Source of the DNA: Patescibacteria group bacterium
Lineage (GTDB): Bacteria > Patescibacteriota > Patescibacteriia > UBA9570 > JAHJKD01
Assembly: GCA_043821615.1 (NCBI GenBank)
Contig: JBDRCS010000047.1
Location: 1-52,286, forward strand
DNA length: 52,286 bases
Direction of reading: 5' to 3'
In this document: positions 16,981-27,464 of the stretch, piece after piece
How the letters are laid out: every line of letters begins with the position of its first letter
Numbering within the stretch: position 1 is the stretch's first letter
Position numbers and translations under genes: made by a program
Notes under the pieces: model-generated
Databases searched by the model: none
What the model was told of the DNA's origin: nothing
What the model saw: the letters and a program-made list of their open reading frames with translations, nothing else

Positions 16981-18312
16981 ATGAAGAAATATTTAATTAT
17001 TTTTGGTTTACTGGCTTTTTGCGTAATTCCAAAAATATCACAAGCTGCAGATAATACAATCTGGATTTTAGAAACTGGCGGAGAAAATACAATCTACACT
17101 TTATTGCAAGAAGAGGGCTATGATATATCTAAAAAAACTCAAACCGAGGTCGAAGCAGGAATACCTGACAGTGTCGATCTTTTTATTTTTCCCGGTTCAA
17201 TAAATTCAATAATTATTACCATTCAAAGTTCGGATTTGCAGTCTGCAATCCGGGAATACGTAGAAAATGGCGGTAATTTTTTAGGAAGCTGTGGCGGATC
17301 TGTTCCCGGAGCAGTTGATTTAACTTTTGACCTGGGAACCATCTCTATGGTCGGGCTTGCCCAGGTAAATGCCTATGATTATTTTTCTTGGCCATCAGCA
17401 TTGTATTCTGACAATTTTGATTTCACTGACAATGAACTAAATGGCGACTATGCCGGAACGACAAATACATTGACTTATACAGGTGGCCCTGCTTTTGATA
17501 TTATTTCCGGAAACGAAGATGAGATAGAGGTACTGGCAACTTTTAGCGGAAATGTGCCAGGTCATTACGATACAACCGGCAAGCCAGCCATTATCACCAC
17601 ATCTTACGGAAGCGGGAAAGTAGTATTAGCTGCTCCGCATCCGGAAAATAATGAGAATACAAAGTTTTTATTTTTAAATTTGATTGATTGGAGTTTAGAT
17701 GTGCCTATTAGCCTTAATGCACCTGAAAATTTAACCAATAATGAAAAGAAGGTTCATAAAGCAACTTTGAGCTGGGATACGGTAGAAAACGCTGATTCCT
17801 ACAATGTGAGCTATTACAAGGCTTCCAGTCCTTCTGAAATTACTACGGTTTCTACGAGCACCAATAATGTAGAATTGACCGGCCTAAAATACGGAGCTAA
17901 GTATTATTGGAAAGTCCGGGCACTTTATGAAGCTGGCACTAGTACCGAAGTCGCTAGTTCTTGGTCAGACGAACATCGGCTAGTTACCTATCCACGGGCC
18001 GTAAAAAAAGCTGAATTCACTTTCCCTCGGAAAAATAGAGGAGACACTAGTTTGCAGGCTAAAATAGAGACAATGTCCAAACGCATTACCGGTTTTAATG
18101 TATTGGTCTTTGAAAAAAAATCTGGAAAGTGGGAAAAAATAAAAGTAGAAAAAATAAAAAATAAGCCAAAAAATAAATATAGCCGGAAATATATCGAAGA
18201 CCTAAATCTAAACACGAAATATAAATTAAGGGTGAAAGCCAGAAGAAAAATTGGACCCAAAAAATTTCTCAGCCAAAATACGGATACAAGATATATAAGA
18301 ACCTTAGATTAA
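16981..18312 (+). CDS. Secreted protein: GATase1/BPL_N-like domain, Fn3 domain and Lys-rich Fn3-like module
   Basis: Signal peptide. GGNFLGSCGG and GKVVLAAPHPE resemble class I glutamine-amidotransferase-like/BPL_N folds. LSWDTVENADSYNVSYY...YYWKVRA is Fn3-like. The C-terminus is K-rich. Confidence 0.5.
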   Translation: MKKYLIIFGLLAFCVIPKISQAADNTIWILETGGENTIYTLLQEEGYDISKKTQTEVEAGIPDSVDLFIFPGSINSIIITIQSSDLQSAIREYVENGGNFLGSCGGSVPGAVDLTFDLGTISMVGLAQVNAYDYFSWPSALYSDNFDFTDNELNGDYAGTTNTLTYTGGPAFDIISGNEDEIEVLATFSGNVPGHYDTTGKPAIITTSYGSGKVVLAAPHPENNENTKFLFLNLIDWSLDVPISLNAPENLTNNEKKVHKATLSWDTVENADSYNVSYYKASSPSEITTVSTSTNNVELTGLKYGAKYYWKVRALYEAGTSTEVASSWSDEHRLVTYPRAVKKAEFTFPRKNRGDTSLQAKIETMSKRITGFNVLVFEKKSGKWEKIKVEKIKNKPKNKYSRKYIEDLNLNTKYKLRVKARRKIGPKKFLSQNTDTRYIRTLD

Positions 18313-18318
18313 AAAGGA

Positions 18319-20517
18319 TTAAACAATAGGCTGTTCAAATTCTTCTTCTTGTCCGGAAACGGGATTAGTATTTTCTTCGTCCTTGTATAAATCGGCAATC
18401 AGCTTGTCTACCTGCGCTTTTGGCGTGCCATAATGCTGCCTGGAATAATCTATCACTTTTCTGGACATGTCTTTTTTTGAAACCAGGGGAACATCCTTGG
18501 TAACAGCGGAAAACGGTGGAGTTACCTGGCCGTCAACCGATTCTTTAACCAATATTTCCCGCACACCCAAATTAATAAAGTCATCCACTGCAAAAATTGG
18601 GTGAAACTCATTGGATAAATAGGTGCCGTCATCAGCGCCGACCCGGAAAGATATCATGGATCCCACATTACCAAACACTGTAGATTTAATGTCTTCAGGC
18701 ACCTGGCCCAGATATTGGTGAGACAAAGTGAGATTTAATTTATATTTTCTGGACTCAGATAAAATATTTTCAAAAGTCTCCGTGGCAAAGTTTTGGAACT
18801 CATCAATGTATAGATAGCAATCACTTCTTTGTTCTTCCGGCAGTTTAGCCTGCATCATCGCAGTCTGATAAATTTTGGTAATTATCATAGCACCCAGAAG
18901 AGCAGAGTTTTCTTCGCCCAGCTTGCCTTTGCTCATTTCAATAAGTAAAACTTTTTTATCTTTAATAACTCTGTCAAAGTCTATCTTATTTTGTGGCTGA
19001 GCAACAATATTTCTAATAATATGATTAGATAAAAATTGGCCTAGTCTGTTTACCAAGGGGAGGATTGCCTCATTATCAAATTTTTCACTCCAGGAAGAAA
19101 ATTCATTGGCCCAGAAATGTTTTACTACCGAATCTTGAATTTCAGGAATGACTTTTTGCCTGTATTTTCTATTTGTCAGCATTTTCATCATGCCTACCAC
19201 AGTAGAATTTTTATAGTCTAATAATGCCAGCACAGTGTATCTAAACACATGCTCAATTTTTGGTGACCAGTCTGCGCCAAAGAATTTTTTAAATACCTCA
19301 ATAAAGCCTTGGGTCATCTGCTGTTTCATATCGATTTCCACGCCACCCAAAGGATTAAAAGGTACAGGGTAGTCTAAATCCGGAACATTAAAGTGAATAA
19401 TGTCTTTCAACCGGTTTTCCGGTACAAATTTAATAATGTTTTGAATAAGATCGCCATGCGGATCCAGCACCACCACACCCTTGTTCATGCGAATGTCATC
19501 CAATATCAGGCTCTCTAATAATTTTGATTTACCGGTGCCGGATTTGCCGATAATGTAAAGATGCCGGCGCCTGTCCTCATACTTAATGCCAAAAAGCCGG
19601 TTTGAGCCGCGGAAGTTAGTGCGGGCATAAAAAGACGCTTCATTGGGCTGGCAGTTTTGCGGGGTTGGCAGATTAAAGGGAGGCTGGGCTCTTTTGGAAA
19701 GAATCCAGTCAATAGCCTGCATTTTTTGGGCCGGGTCTGGAATATGAAAAAGAGAGGTAAGTTCTTCTTCGGATAAAACTACATTTCTATCGAATTTTCT
19801 GGCCAAAAAGTCCTTTAAAAATCCTTGAATGTCTTGAACTGATTGAAATATAATTTGGTTTTTCTCAGTTGAGAATTCTCCAAATGATTTTTTAATTTCT
19901 TCTAATTTTGCGCCAGCTGTCTTTTCTTTATTGTCAGGAAAGAAATAAAGCATACGCATGGTGGCATTCAATTTGGGAATTTCCAAAACATCTCCAACTT
20001 GCTTTTTCTCCGTATAAAATAATCCTGATTTATTGCCTTCAATTTCTTCATTAATCGGCTGAAACACGATTTGATAAAATACGGCATCTCCCCCGGGAAC
20101 AGATGATAACAAGTTTAAGAAAGAAGACAGGGGGTCATAGGAGCCGGTCATTTTATAGGTTCTGATGGAAAATTTTTCACCTTGCTCAAGCTTCATTTTA
20201 TAGCCAAAGGCATTATCAGGAATATTGTTAACATTTAAAAACTTTTCCACTTCCAATACTTCTATATCCGGAAATAGTGAAAAAATGGAATTCATAATGG
20301 CTTCAGTGAGCTTGTCAGTAGCCGTCAAATAAAAATTTATTTTGTTCTGAATTGTGATAATTTCACAACTAATTGTATTATTTGGGACTGTTTCTCTCAA
20401 TAGCAAATAATAAATATTATGAAAAAGCCCTTGGAACTTTGGCAAGTAATCCTCCATAGAGGAGACCAAGGGAAATTTGATTAATAATGTTTTTCTTTTG
20501 TTTTCGTTTTCCATCAT
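18319..20517 (-). CDS. TraD/VirD4/HerA-like P-loop ATPase (type IV secretion DNA-binding domain family)
   Basis: 732 aa. Walker A is IIGKSGTGKSKLL and Walker B is CYLYIDEFQNF. VVVLDPHGDL and HQYLGQ match the TraD/TraG coupling-protein type. No TM segment is evident. Confidence 0.65.
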   Translation of the reverse strand: MMENENKRKTLLIKFPLVSSMEDYLPKFQGLFHNIYYLLLRETVPNNTISCEIITIQNKINFYLTATDKLTEAIMNSIFSLFPDIEVLEVEKFLNVNNIPDNAFGYKMKLEQGEKFSIRTYKMTGSYDPLSSFLNLLSSVPGGDAVFYQIVFQPINEEIEGNKSGLFYTEKKQVGDVLEIPKLNATMRMLYFFPDNKEKTAGAKLEEIKKSFGEFSTEKNQIIFQSVQDIQGFLKDFLARKFDRNVVLSEEELTSLFHIPDPAQKMQAIDWILSKRAQPPFNLPTPQNCQPNEASFYARTNFRGSNRLFGIKYEDRRRHLYIIGKSGTGKSKLLESLILDDIRMNKGVVVLDPHGDLIQNIIKFVPENRLKDIIHFNVPDLDYPVPFNPLGGVEIDMKQQMTQGFIEVFKKFFGADWSPKIEHVFRYTVLALLDYKNSTVVGMMKMLTNRKYRQKVIPEIQDSVVKHFWANEFSSWSEKFDNEAILPLVNRLGQFLSNHIIRNIVAQPQNKIDFDRVIKDKKVLLIEMSKGKLGEENSALLGAMIITKIYQTAMMQAKLPEEQRSDCYLYIDEFQNFATETFENILSESRKYKLNLTLSHQYLGQVPEDIKSTVFGNVGSMISFRVGADDGTYLSNEFHPIFAVDDFINLGVREILVKESVDGQVTPPFSAVTKDVPLVSKKDMSRKVIDYSRQHYGTPKAQVDKLIADLYKDEENTNPVSGQEEEFEQPIV

Positions 20518-20603
20518 TTTGCTTGTCCGTGCAGTTTTTAAAACTGCCTCGGGATTTTTATTAACGGATTATATTATAACAGATAATCTGGTATAATAAA
20601 AGC

Positions 20604-21233
20604 ATGTTTAAGGATAGGGCCGATGCCGGTAAAAAACTGGCTAAAAAGCTCGAAAATTATAAAAATAATGAAAAAGCAATAGTTGCTACAATTCCCAGAG
20701 GGGGAGTAGCCACTGGATTTGAAGTTGCCAAGTATTTAAACCTCCCTCTTGATGTGGTGGTTACAAAAAAAATTGGCGCTCCGGGCAATCCTGAGTATGC
20801 CATTGGTTCCATAAACAGACACGGCGATATTTTAGTGGATGAAGACGCTGTTCTAATGACCGGGGCTAGCCAAGAATATTTGGAAGAACAATCAAAAATA
20901 TTAAAGCAAAAAGTAGAAGAAAAATTAAAAATGTTAAAAGGGGATAAGCCTGTCACAAGTTTTAAAGATAAAGTAGTGATATTAGTAGACGATGGCATTG
21001 CCACCGGCTACACAGCTTTGGCCGCTGCCAAGTTCCTCAAAGATGAAGGCGCAAAAAAAGTGGTCATGGCCATGCCAGTTGTACCAGCTGATAATATTGA
21101 TAAATTTAAAGATAAGGTAGATGAGTTCATCTATTTAGAATCACCAGTTATGTTTGCTTCCGTGGGTCAATTTTATCAGGACTTTACTCAAGTCGAAGAC
21201 GAGGAAGCTAAAGAATTGCTAGCTAAAGTCTAG
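20604..21233 (+). CDS. Phosphoribosyltransferase family protein
   Basis: PRPP-binding loop VVILVDDGIATGYT; 209 aa. Confidence 0.75.
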   Translation: MFKDRADAGKKLAKKLENYKNNEKAIVATIPRGGVATGFEVAKYLNLPLDVVVTKKIGAPGNPEYAIGSINRHGDILVDEDAVLMTGASQEYLEEQSKILKQKVEEKLKMLKGDKPVTSFKDKVVILVDDGIATGYTALAAAKFLKDEGAKKVVMAMPVVPADNIDKFKDKVDEFIYLESPVMFASVGQFYQDFTQVEDEEAKELLAKV

Positions 21234-21605
21234 ATACACTCTAGTTGTATCTTCGTATTTAGAAAATTTAATATCAATGGTGCTTTCTTTGTAGGCGTCA
21301 TTTATTTTTTTTCCTATAGATAAAGCTACTTTATTATCATCAAAATAATATTCAAGATTTGTCCCGTCTTCTTTCATTCCCATTAAACTCTCTCTTTGAT
21401 CTTGATTTTTAATCAGGTTATTTAACTCATTAAAATCTCCTGGAAAACCTTTAATAAATATGATTCCTTTGTAAAGATTTTCATCTTCCACCTTTACTTC
21501 TTTACCGTCTTTTCTTTTTCCTCTTGAAGAAGTCACCATACTATCCATTTCATTTATTTCTTTTGTAGTTTTAGAGGTTGGGGTGTTTAAATAATTTTTT
21601 GACAT
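21219..21605 (-). CDS. Hypothetical protein
   Basis: 128-aa ORF with no recognisable motif. It is convergent with the PRTase gene, and their 3' ends overlap by 15 nt. Confidence 0.4.
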   Translation of the reverse strand: MSKNYLNTPTSKTTKEINEMDSMVTSSRGKRKDGKEVKVEDENLYKGIIFIKGFPGDFNELNNLIKNQDQRESLMGMKEDGTNLEYYFDDNKVALSIGKKINDAYKESTIDIKFSKYEDTTRVYLDFS

Positions 21606-21668
21606 TTTAAAAATATTAATAATTTAATAAAGTTATTATTAATTTCATTATAGCACAATATCCGGAAA

Positions 21669-22706
21669 TTATTTTATTTTAAAAATATATTTGATTATAT
21701 CCCTTCCCACATCGCGGGATTTTCCCCGATAGGGGAATTTATGTATATCCAGGCCCGGTTCATCATTAACTTCAAGCACGCATAAATTTTTATGGCTGAT
21801 ATCGTTTAATTTAAGGTTTTTACAGAGCATGTCCACTCCTGCCACCTGAAGCTTCATGGTTTTTGCACATTTTAAGGCCAGTGTTTTTAGAGCAGGATGC
21901 ACTTCATCGGTTACGTCAAAAGGACGGCCGCCTGTGCTGACATTGGCATTCCAGCGTAAAATTACTTTTTTTCCGGATTGAGGCATGTAATTCAAGGTTA
22001 GCTTTTGCTGTTTTAATTTTCGAGTAAGTTCGCTGTCCACCAAGATCGGGCACATGGGCAAATCAAATTCAGCCACCTGGCTTTTCCATTCCCGGTTAAA
22101 AGCGCTAATCAGTTCCCGTAAATTATTTTTGCCATTACCAACTACATAAGCCGGTCTTCGTTCCAGAACAGAAGCAATTTTATTGCCTACTACTAAAAAT
22201 CTCAGATCTCGGCCGGAAAAATATTCTTCCACCAAAACTTTCTTTTCCTTATATTCTTTTATGGTAAAGGAAAAAGCTTTGATTACTGCTTTCTCAAAAG
22301 TTTTTAGACTCATGATTTTAATAGTGATGCCGTGTCCATGGGCTGCATTTAAGGGCTTAACTACTAAGGGAAATAATAAATTTTTTTGTTTTAGGACTTT
22401 CTTCCACTCATTTGGATTTTTCAAGATCAATGTTTGCGGAGTGGAAATCCCGGCTTCATTTAAAAGATAACGGGTAAATAATTTATTATCCGAAAGTTTG
22501 GATGCCGCCGCATCATTGCAGGGAAGAGTCGTACCGCGCAAATAATAACTTGTTTTTCCCTTGGAAACTCGCACTGCTTTTTCCGGAAGCAGTTCGCATT
22601 TCAGGCCCAAATCAAGCGCTGCCTGCACCACAATGGAGCTGGAAATAGTCAGGTTATCGATTCGATTTGTTTCTAATTTTTTCTTATTTAACATATCAAA
22701 AAACAC
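21669..22706 (-). CDS. ATP-grasp domain protein (cyanophycin-synthetase G-domain/RimK-like)
   Basis: FPLVVKPLNAAHGHGI, EEYFSGRDLRFLVVGNK, RRPAYVVGNGKNNLRELI and LEVNDEPGL fit an ATP-grasp ligase. They are closest in pattern to the CphA ATP-grasp region. Confidence 0.6.
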   Translation of the reverse strand: MFFDMLNKKKLETNRIDNLTISSSIVVQAALDLGLKCELLPEKAVRVSKGKTSYYLRGTTLPCNDAAASKLSDNKLFTRYLLNEAGISTPQTLILKNPNEWKKVLKQKNLLFPLVVKPLNAAHGHGITIKIMSLKTFEKAVIKAFSFTIKEYKEKKVLVEEYFSGRDLRFLVVGNKIASVLERRPAYVVGNGKNNLRELISAFNREWKSQVAEFDLPMCPILVDSELTRKLKQQKLTLNYMPQSGKKVILRWNANVSTGGRPFDVTDEVHPALKTLALKCAKTMKLQVAGVDMLCKNLKLNDISHKNLCVLEVNDEPGLDIHKFPYRGKSRDVGRDIIKYIFKIK

Positions 22707-22824
22707 CTTTAAAGGGGCGTTAATTCGTTTAAAATTTTTAAGTCCAGTTGATGGGACCGCGCCACGATCTTATAAATCGCCTATTTTCACTATACTCTTC
22801 TGAGTGATTCCGTCAACTGGCTAA

Positions 22825-22851
22825 TTAGCACTCTACTTGACAGAGTGCTAA
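22825..22851 (+). promoter_or_regulatory. CIRCE operator (HrcA binding site)
   Basis: Perfect TTAGCACTC-N9-GAGTGCTAA. It overlaps a TTGACA -35 hexamer (22837-22842) just upstream of clpB. Confidence 0.85.
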
Positions 22852-22871
22852 TTTTGTGCTACCCTAGAATC

Positions 22872-25424
22872 ATGCAATTAGAAAAATTTACTACCAAGGC
22901 CCAAGAGGCCATTCAAGATGCTGCCAATCTAACCATAGAATATGAGCAGCAAACCATCGAATTACCGCATTTAGTCCTGGCCTTAGTAAGGCAGGAAGAG
23001 TCTTTTGTTAAATCAATTTTAGAAAGACTCAATATTAATCCCTTGGAGATTGAACAGGCAATGAAAGCCAAAATAGAGGCTTTTCTCAAAGTGGAAGCAG
23101 ACCAACCCATGGTTTCCGCCCCTCTAAACAAGGCTCTGATTTTAGCCCAGAAAAACGCTACTAAGTTGGGGGATGATTTTGTTTCTGTAGAACACTTATT
23201 ATTAGGAATATTAGACACTGATAAGTCTTTATTGAATATCACTAAAGACCAGGTTTTAGCAATTTTAAAATCTTTAAAAGGAGACAAGAAAACAGATTCC
23301 AAAGACGCCGGTCAAGCCGAAGGCAAAGCACTGGAAAAATATACATCTAACCTTACCGAGTTAGCAAAGAAAGAAAAGCTGGACCCTATTATAGGTAGAG
23401 ACGATGAAATCAGGCGCGTGATGCAAGTTTTATCCAGACGCACTAAAAATAACCCTGTTTTAATTGGCGAGCCCGGAACCGGCAAGACCGCCATAGTAGA
23501 AGGACTCGCTCAACGCATAGTTTCTGAAGATGTTCCTGAAACTTTAAAAAATAAAGAAATTTTATCACTTGATATTGGCTCTCTTTTAGCCGGTACAAAA
23601 TTTAGAGGTGAATTTGAAGAACGCTTTAAAGCTGTTATTAAAGAAATAGAAGAGGAAGAAGGCAGGGTAATATTATTTATAGACGAATTACATACTATTG
23701 TGGGAGCTGGCGGAGCCGAGGGCTCTGTGGATGCTTCCAACATGCTTAAACCCGGCTTAGCCAGAGGCAGTCTGCATACTATCGGCGCGACCACCCTTAA
23801 AGAGTATCAAAAATACATAGAAAAAGATGCTGCCCTGGAAAGACGTTTTCAACCTGTTTTTGTAGGTGAACCATCTGTAGAAAACACCATCGCAATACTA
23901 AGAGGAATTAAGGAGAAATATGAGGTTCATCATGGTGTTCGTATTACAGACGACGCTATTATTGCGGCTGCTAATTTATCTCACCGTTATATATCTGACA
24001 GGTTTTTACCAGATAAAGCTATCGATTTAATAGACGAAGCCACTTCTGCCTTAAGAATGGAAATCGATTCCATGCCCGAAGAGCTAGATAAAATGAAGCG
24101 CAGGATGCTTCAAATTGAAATTGAAAAGAAAGCCCTTCAAAAAGAGAAGACTGCCAAAGATAAAATTACGGAATTAAATAAGGAGTTGGCAGAACTTAAG
24201 GAACAATCTCAAAAAATAGAAATTACTTGGAAAAATGAAAAGGATATTATATCTCAGATTCAAGACGCCAAATCCCAAATAGATAAGTTAAAGGGAGAAG
24301 CTGAAGTAAAAGAAAGAGAAGGCAAGCTGGAAGAAGTTGCCAAGATTAGATATGGCACCATCCCTGAAGAAGAGAAAAAGATTGAAGAGCTAAATAAAAA
24401 GCTTAAAGATCTTCAAAAAGATGGGGGGCTCTTAAAAGAGGAAGTAACAGAGGAAGACATTGCTGAAGTTATTTCCAGATGGACTGGTATCCCTGTAGCT
24501 AAAATGCTGGAAAGCGAAACTCAAAAGCTAACCTTGATGGAAGAAATATTATCTAGCCGCGTGATTGGCCAGGACGAAGCTATTAAAGCCGTGTCCAACG
24601 CCGTTCGCAGATCCAGAGCCGGCATCAATGAAGAAAATAAACCAATTGGTTCATTTATCTTTTTAGGTCCCACTGGAGTAGGTAAGACCGAGCTTGCCAA
24701 AGCTTTGGCTGATTTTATGTTTAATGATGATGATGCTTTAGTGCGGATTGATATGAGTGAATACATGGAAAAGCACGCCGTTTCTCGTTTAATTGGTTCT
24801 CCTCCAGGTTATATTGGTCATGATGAGGGTGGACAGCTAACTGAAGCTGTTAGACGAAAGCCTTATTCTGTGATTCTATTTGATGAAATAGAGAAAGCTC
24901 ATCCTGAAGTGTTTAACGTCTTACTCCAATTATTAGACGATGGTCGCCTAACTGACTCTAAAGGCAGAACTGTTAATTTTAAGAATACTATTATAATCAT
25001 GACTTCAAATATTGGCTCAGCTAATATTTCTGAAGCCGGCGGCCAGATTACCCTGGCTGTTAAAAAGAAAGTTATGGATCTAGTAGATCAGTCTTTTAAA
25101 CCAGAGTTTTTAAATAGGGTAGATGAGATTATTCTCTTTCATAGCTTAACTCAAGAACAAATCAGAGAGATAATCAACATCCAGCTTATTGAAGTTCAGA
25201 AACGTCTTAAAGAAAAACAAATCACTTTATCTATTACAGATAAAGCCAAGGACTATTTAGCTAAAGAAGGCTATGATCCAATCTATGGTGCTCGTCCTCT
25301 AAAACGAGTTATCCAAAATCAGATCTTAGACGAACTTGCCCTGCAAATTATTGAAGGTAAAGTTAAAGAGAAGTCTAAAGTAAAAGTAGACTTCAAAAAC
25401 GGTAAAATCGTTTTTGGGAAATAA
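22872..25424 (+). CDS. clpB: ATP-dependent chaperone ClpB
   Basis: Two AAA+ modules (GEPGTGKTA and GPTGVGKTE) separated by a long coiled-coil middle domain. The start is set at [13 protein letters not shown], which is typical for ClpB. Confidence 0.92.
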   Translation: MQLEKFTTKAQEAIQDAANLTIEYEQQTIELPHLVLALVRQEESFVKSILERLNINPLEIEQAMKAKIEAFLKVEADQPMVSAPLNKALILAQKNATKLGDDFVSVEHLLLGILDTDKSLLNITKDQVLAILKSLKGDKKTDSKDAGQAEGKALEKYTSNLTELAKKEKLDPIIGRDDEIRRVMQVLSRRTKNNPVLIGEPGTGKTAIVEGLAQRIVSEDVPETLKNKEILSLDIGSLLAGTKFRGEFEERFKAVIKEIEEEEGRVILFIDELHTIVGAGGAEGSVDASNMLKPGLARGSLHTIGATTLKEYQKYIEKDAALERRFQPVFVGEPSVENTIAILRGIKEKYEVHHGVRITDDAIIAAANLSHRYISDRFLPDKAIDLIDEATSALRMEIDSMPEELDKMKRRMLQIEIEKKALQKEKTAKDKITELNKELAELKEQSQKIEITWKNEKDIISQIQDAKSQIDKLKGEAEVKEREGKLEEVAKIRYGTIPEEEKKIEELNKKLKDLQKDGGLLKEEVTEEDIAEVISRWTGIPVAKMLESETQKLTLMEEILSSRVIGQDEAIKAVSNAVRRSRAGINEENKPIGSFIFLGPTGVGKTELAKALADFMFNDDDALVRIDMSEYMEKHAVSRLIGSPPGYIGHDEGGQLTEAVRRKPYSVILFDEIEKAHPEVFNVLLQLLDDGRLTDSKGRTVNFKNTIIIMTSNIGSANISEAGGQITLAVKKKVMDLVDQSFKPEFLNRVDEIILFHSLTQEQIREIINIQLIEVQKRLKEKQITLSITDKAKDYLAKEGYDPIYGARPLKRVIQNQILDELALQIIEGKVKEKSKVKVDFKNGKIVFGK

Positions 25425-25431
25425 AATTTTT

Positions 25432-26283
25432 TTACTTCTTCTTTTGCGCAGAAGGCGTCTTCCTTATAACCTTCCATTTCTTATAAAACTCCTTCAATTC
25501 ATTTATATCCACATTATCTCTCACTTCTTTATCATATTTCTTTGCTCCTTCAAAAGCCAGATCAAACATCACTTTCATAGAATCTGCGATTGGTTTAGAA
25601 CGGATTATCACGGCAAATTCCTCTTCAAAAGACATGATGGCCGTATTATTTTCATAAACATTAATCTCAATCGGTACATACTTGTCTTCCGGAATAAAAT
25701 ATGTTTTTCTCAGTTGTTCCTCATCTTTTAAAATGCATTCTGCCAGGCTTGGCTTTGAAGCAGGGATCAGGCAAGTAGTAGAAATTTTCTTTTTTACGCG
25801 ATTGTAAAAATATTCCGGAAAAACTTCAGGCAATGCATACGCTTGTTCATCAACTGTGGCATAACACAAAATATTTTTATTTGGCACTTTCAAAGTATCA
25901 GTAAAAGCTTCGGCCAGACCTTGCTTTCCCTCCAAATACTCAATCTGAGGTTTGGGTGATTTAATATCCTGAAGATTTTCCAGCAGGGGAATGATATTTT
26001 TAATTTTTCCCTTTTTCTTTTTAAGCTCGTCTTCTTCCTCGTCAATCAATTGTAAAATTTTATCCGGTTCAAAGGCAGTAAAATAATAAGCGTTTTGCTT
26101 ATGAATTTTTGAAATAAACCTTTTCTTGGTCAGTGTATTGAGAGCATCCAAAACGGTTGTCTTGGGCAGGTTAATATTGCGCGCAATAAAACTGGCCTTA
26201 TTGGTGCCAGTTTTTAACAACGAAATATAGATTTTTATTTCTTTTTCATTTAACCCTAAATATGATAAATTTTTTTCCAGCAT
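25432..26283 (-). CDS. TrmB-family HTH transcriptional regulator
   Basis: N-terminal LGLNEKEIKIYISLLKTG...ASFIARNINLPKTTVLDALNTLTKKRFI winged-helix of TrmB type; 283 aa. Confidence 0.65.
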   Translation of the reverse strand: MLEKNLSYLGLNEKEIKIYISLLKTGTNKASFIARNINLPKTTVLDALNTLTKKRFISKIHKQNAYYFTAFEPDKILQLIDEEEDELKKKKGKIKNIIPLLENLQDIKSPKPQIEYLEGKQGLAEAFTDTLKVPNKNILCYATVDEQAYALPEVFPEYFYNRVKKKISTTCLIPASKPSLAECILKDEEQLRKTYFIPEDKYVPIEINVYENNTAIMSFEEEFAVIIRSKPIADSMKVMFDLAFEGAKKYDKEVRDNVDINELKEFYKKWKVIRKTPSAQKKK

Positions 26284-26563
26284 ATAATATCATTTAATAA
26301 TAAAATAACCCTAAGCTTGGAAATACATAGTATCATTAATAATGTGGAAAAGTCCAGTATCGACGAAATATGTCGTCGCAATTATCCCCTATTTTAAAGC
26401 AAAAAAAGGGTAATAATTATAAAATTAACGGCAACTCTTGAACGTTATTTGACTGAGCTATTATAATGGTAATAGATTTTATTTGTAGCAGAGCTATTTT
26501 ATTATGTTAAATGTTAACTTTAACCTGTAAAATAGCTCTCCCCAAAGATAAAATCTTTCAATA

Positions 26564-27415
26564 CTAAATTTTAATCTTCACAACCCGATCAAAACCACCC
26601 AAATCCTTAACCACTTCTATTTTTGATTCGGGAAATATTTTAGATATAATTTTTTTTACAGTTCCTGCCTGCCGATGTCCTATTTCCATAAATATCATTC
26701 CATCTTTTTTTAAAAAAAATTTTGTTTGCATAAGAAATTCATTTATTAATTTTTGAAAATCTTTAGGCGTTAAAGCAACCTGCGGTTCAAATTTTAATTC
26801 TTTTTTGCGCGCCTCATTTTTCGTCAGATACGGAGGATTAAAAGTAATAATATCTAGTTTGCCTTTTAGATTTTTTGGAATCTGTTTCAATAGATCAGAT
26901 TTATAAAATTTAATATTCGCGCCTTCGCGATCCAATAGTCTCTTCGCATTCATTCGCGCAATTTTTATTGCTTTCCCAGAAATATCAGAGCCATAGACAT
27001 TGGCTTTTGGTAGTTGTTTTTTTAACACCACAGGAATGCACCCTGATCCTGTTCCAACATCTAAAATGTTAAAATTGTTCGATCGCTTCGCTTGTTCGAA
27101 TTGTTCATTTCGAACATTTCCAACATTTATAACATTTTCAACAATTAACTCCGTATCCGGCCTGGGCACCAACACATCTTTATTCACCATAAAATCCAGA
27201 CCATAAAATTCTTTATGCCCGGTTATATATGCAATTGGCTCGCCTTTTTGTCTTCTCTTAACTAATTTATTAAATTCGCGTAATTCGCGATCCAATAGTT
27301 CTTTATCCTGATGAGCAAAAATATATTCACGATTTTTTTCCGTAACAAAACTCAAGATAACATCTGTGTCCAGATAATCTAAGTCAGTGTTTTTCAAAAT
27401 ATCTGAATAAGTCAT
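26564..27415 (-). CDS. prmC: Release-factor glutamine N5-methyltransferase
   Basis: DVGTGSGCI SAM-binding motif and FNPPY catalytic motif. It lies directly downstream of prfA. Confidence 0.88.
   Translation of the reverse strand: MTYSDILKNTDLDYLDTDVILSFVTEKNREYIFAHQDKELLDRELREFNKLVKRRQKGEPIAYITGHKEFYGLDFMVNKDVLVPRPDTELIVENVINVGNVRNEQFEQAKRSNNFNILDVGTGSGCIPVVLKKQLPKANVYGSDISGKAIKIARMNAKRLLDREGANIKFYKSDLLKQIPKNLKGKLDIITFNPPYLTKNEARKKELKFEPQVALTPKDFQKLINEFLMQTKFFLKKDGMIFMEIGHRQAGTVKKIISKIFPESKIEVVKDLGGFDRVVKIKI
27111..27146. repeat. Four tandem 9-bp units inside prmC
   Basis: CGAACATTT CCAACATTT ATAACATTT TCAACAATT on the + strand. On the - strand these encode ENV-INV-GNV-RNE. Confidence 0.7.
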
Positions 27416-27427
27416 AAAATTATAAAA

Positions 27428-27463
27428 CCAACAATTCGAACATTTCTAACAATTCCAACATTT
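27428..27463. repeat. Four tandem 9-bp units in the prfA-prmC intergenic region
   Basis: CCAACAATT CGAACATTT CTAACAATT CCAACATTT. The consensus matches the array inside prmC. Confidence 0.7.
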
Positions 27464-27464
27464 A

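Noticed and set aside
22845-22871. Upstream TTG start for clpB given in the track.
   Set aside because: The ATG at 22872 gives the canonical ClpB N-terminus (MQLEKFT) and fits the promoter spacing. The extension would overlap the CIRCE/promoter region.
26284-26563. Possible small RNA or micro-ORF in the 280-bp spacer. Features are TTGAAC-18-TATAAT at about 26439-26468 and a 12-bp inverted repeat at 26490-26501/26528-26539.
   Set aside because: The evidence is only a promoter-like match plus one hairpin without a U tract. The 14-codon ORF has no support, so it is too weak to call.
27111-27463. CRISPR array.
   Set aside because: The units are 9 bp and directly tandem, with no spacers. No cas genes or 25-40 bp repeat-spacer periodicity occur anywhere in the window.
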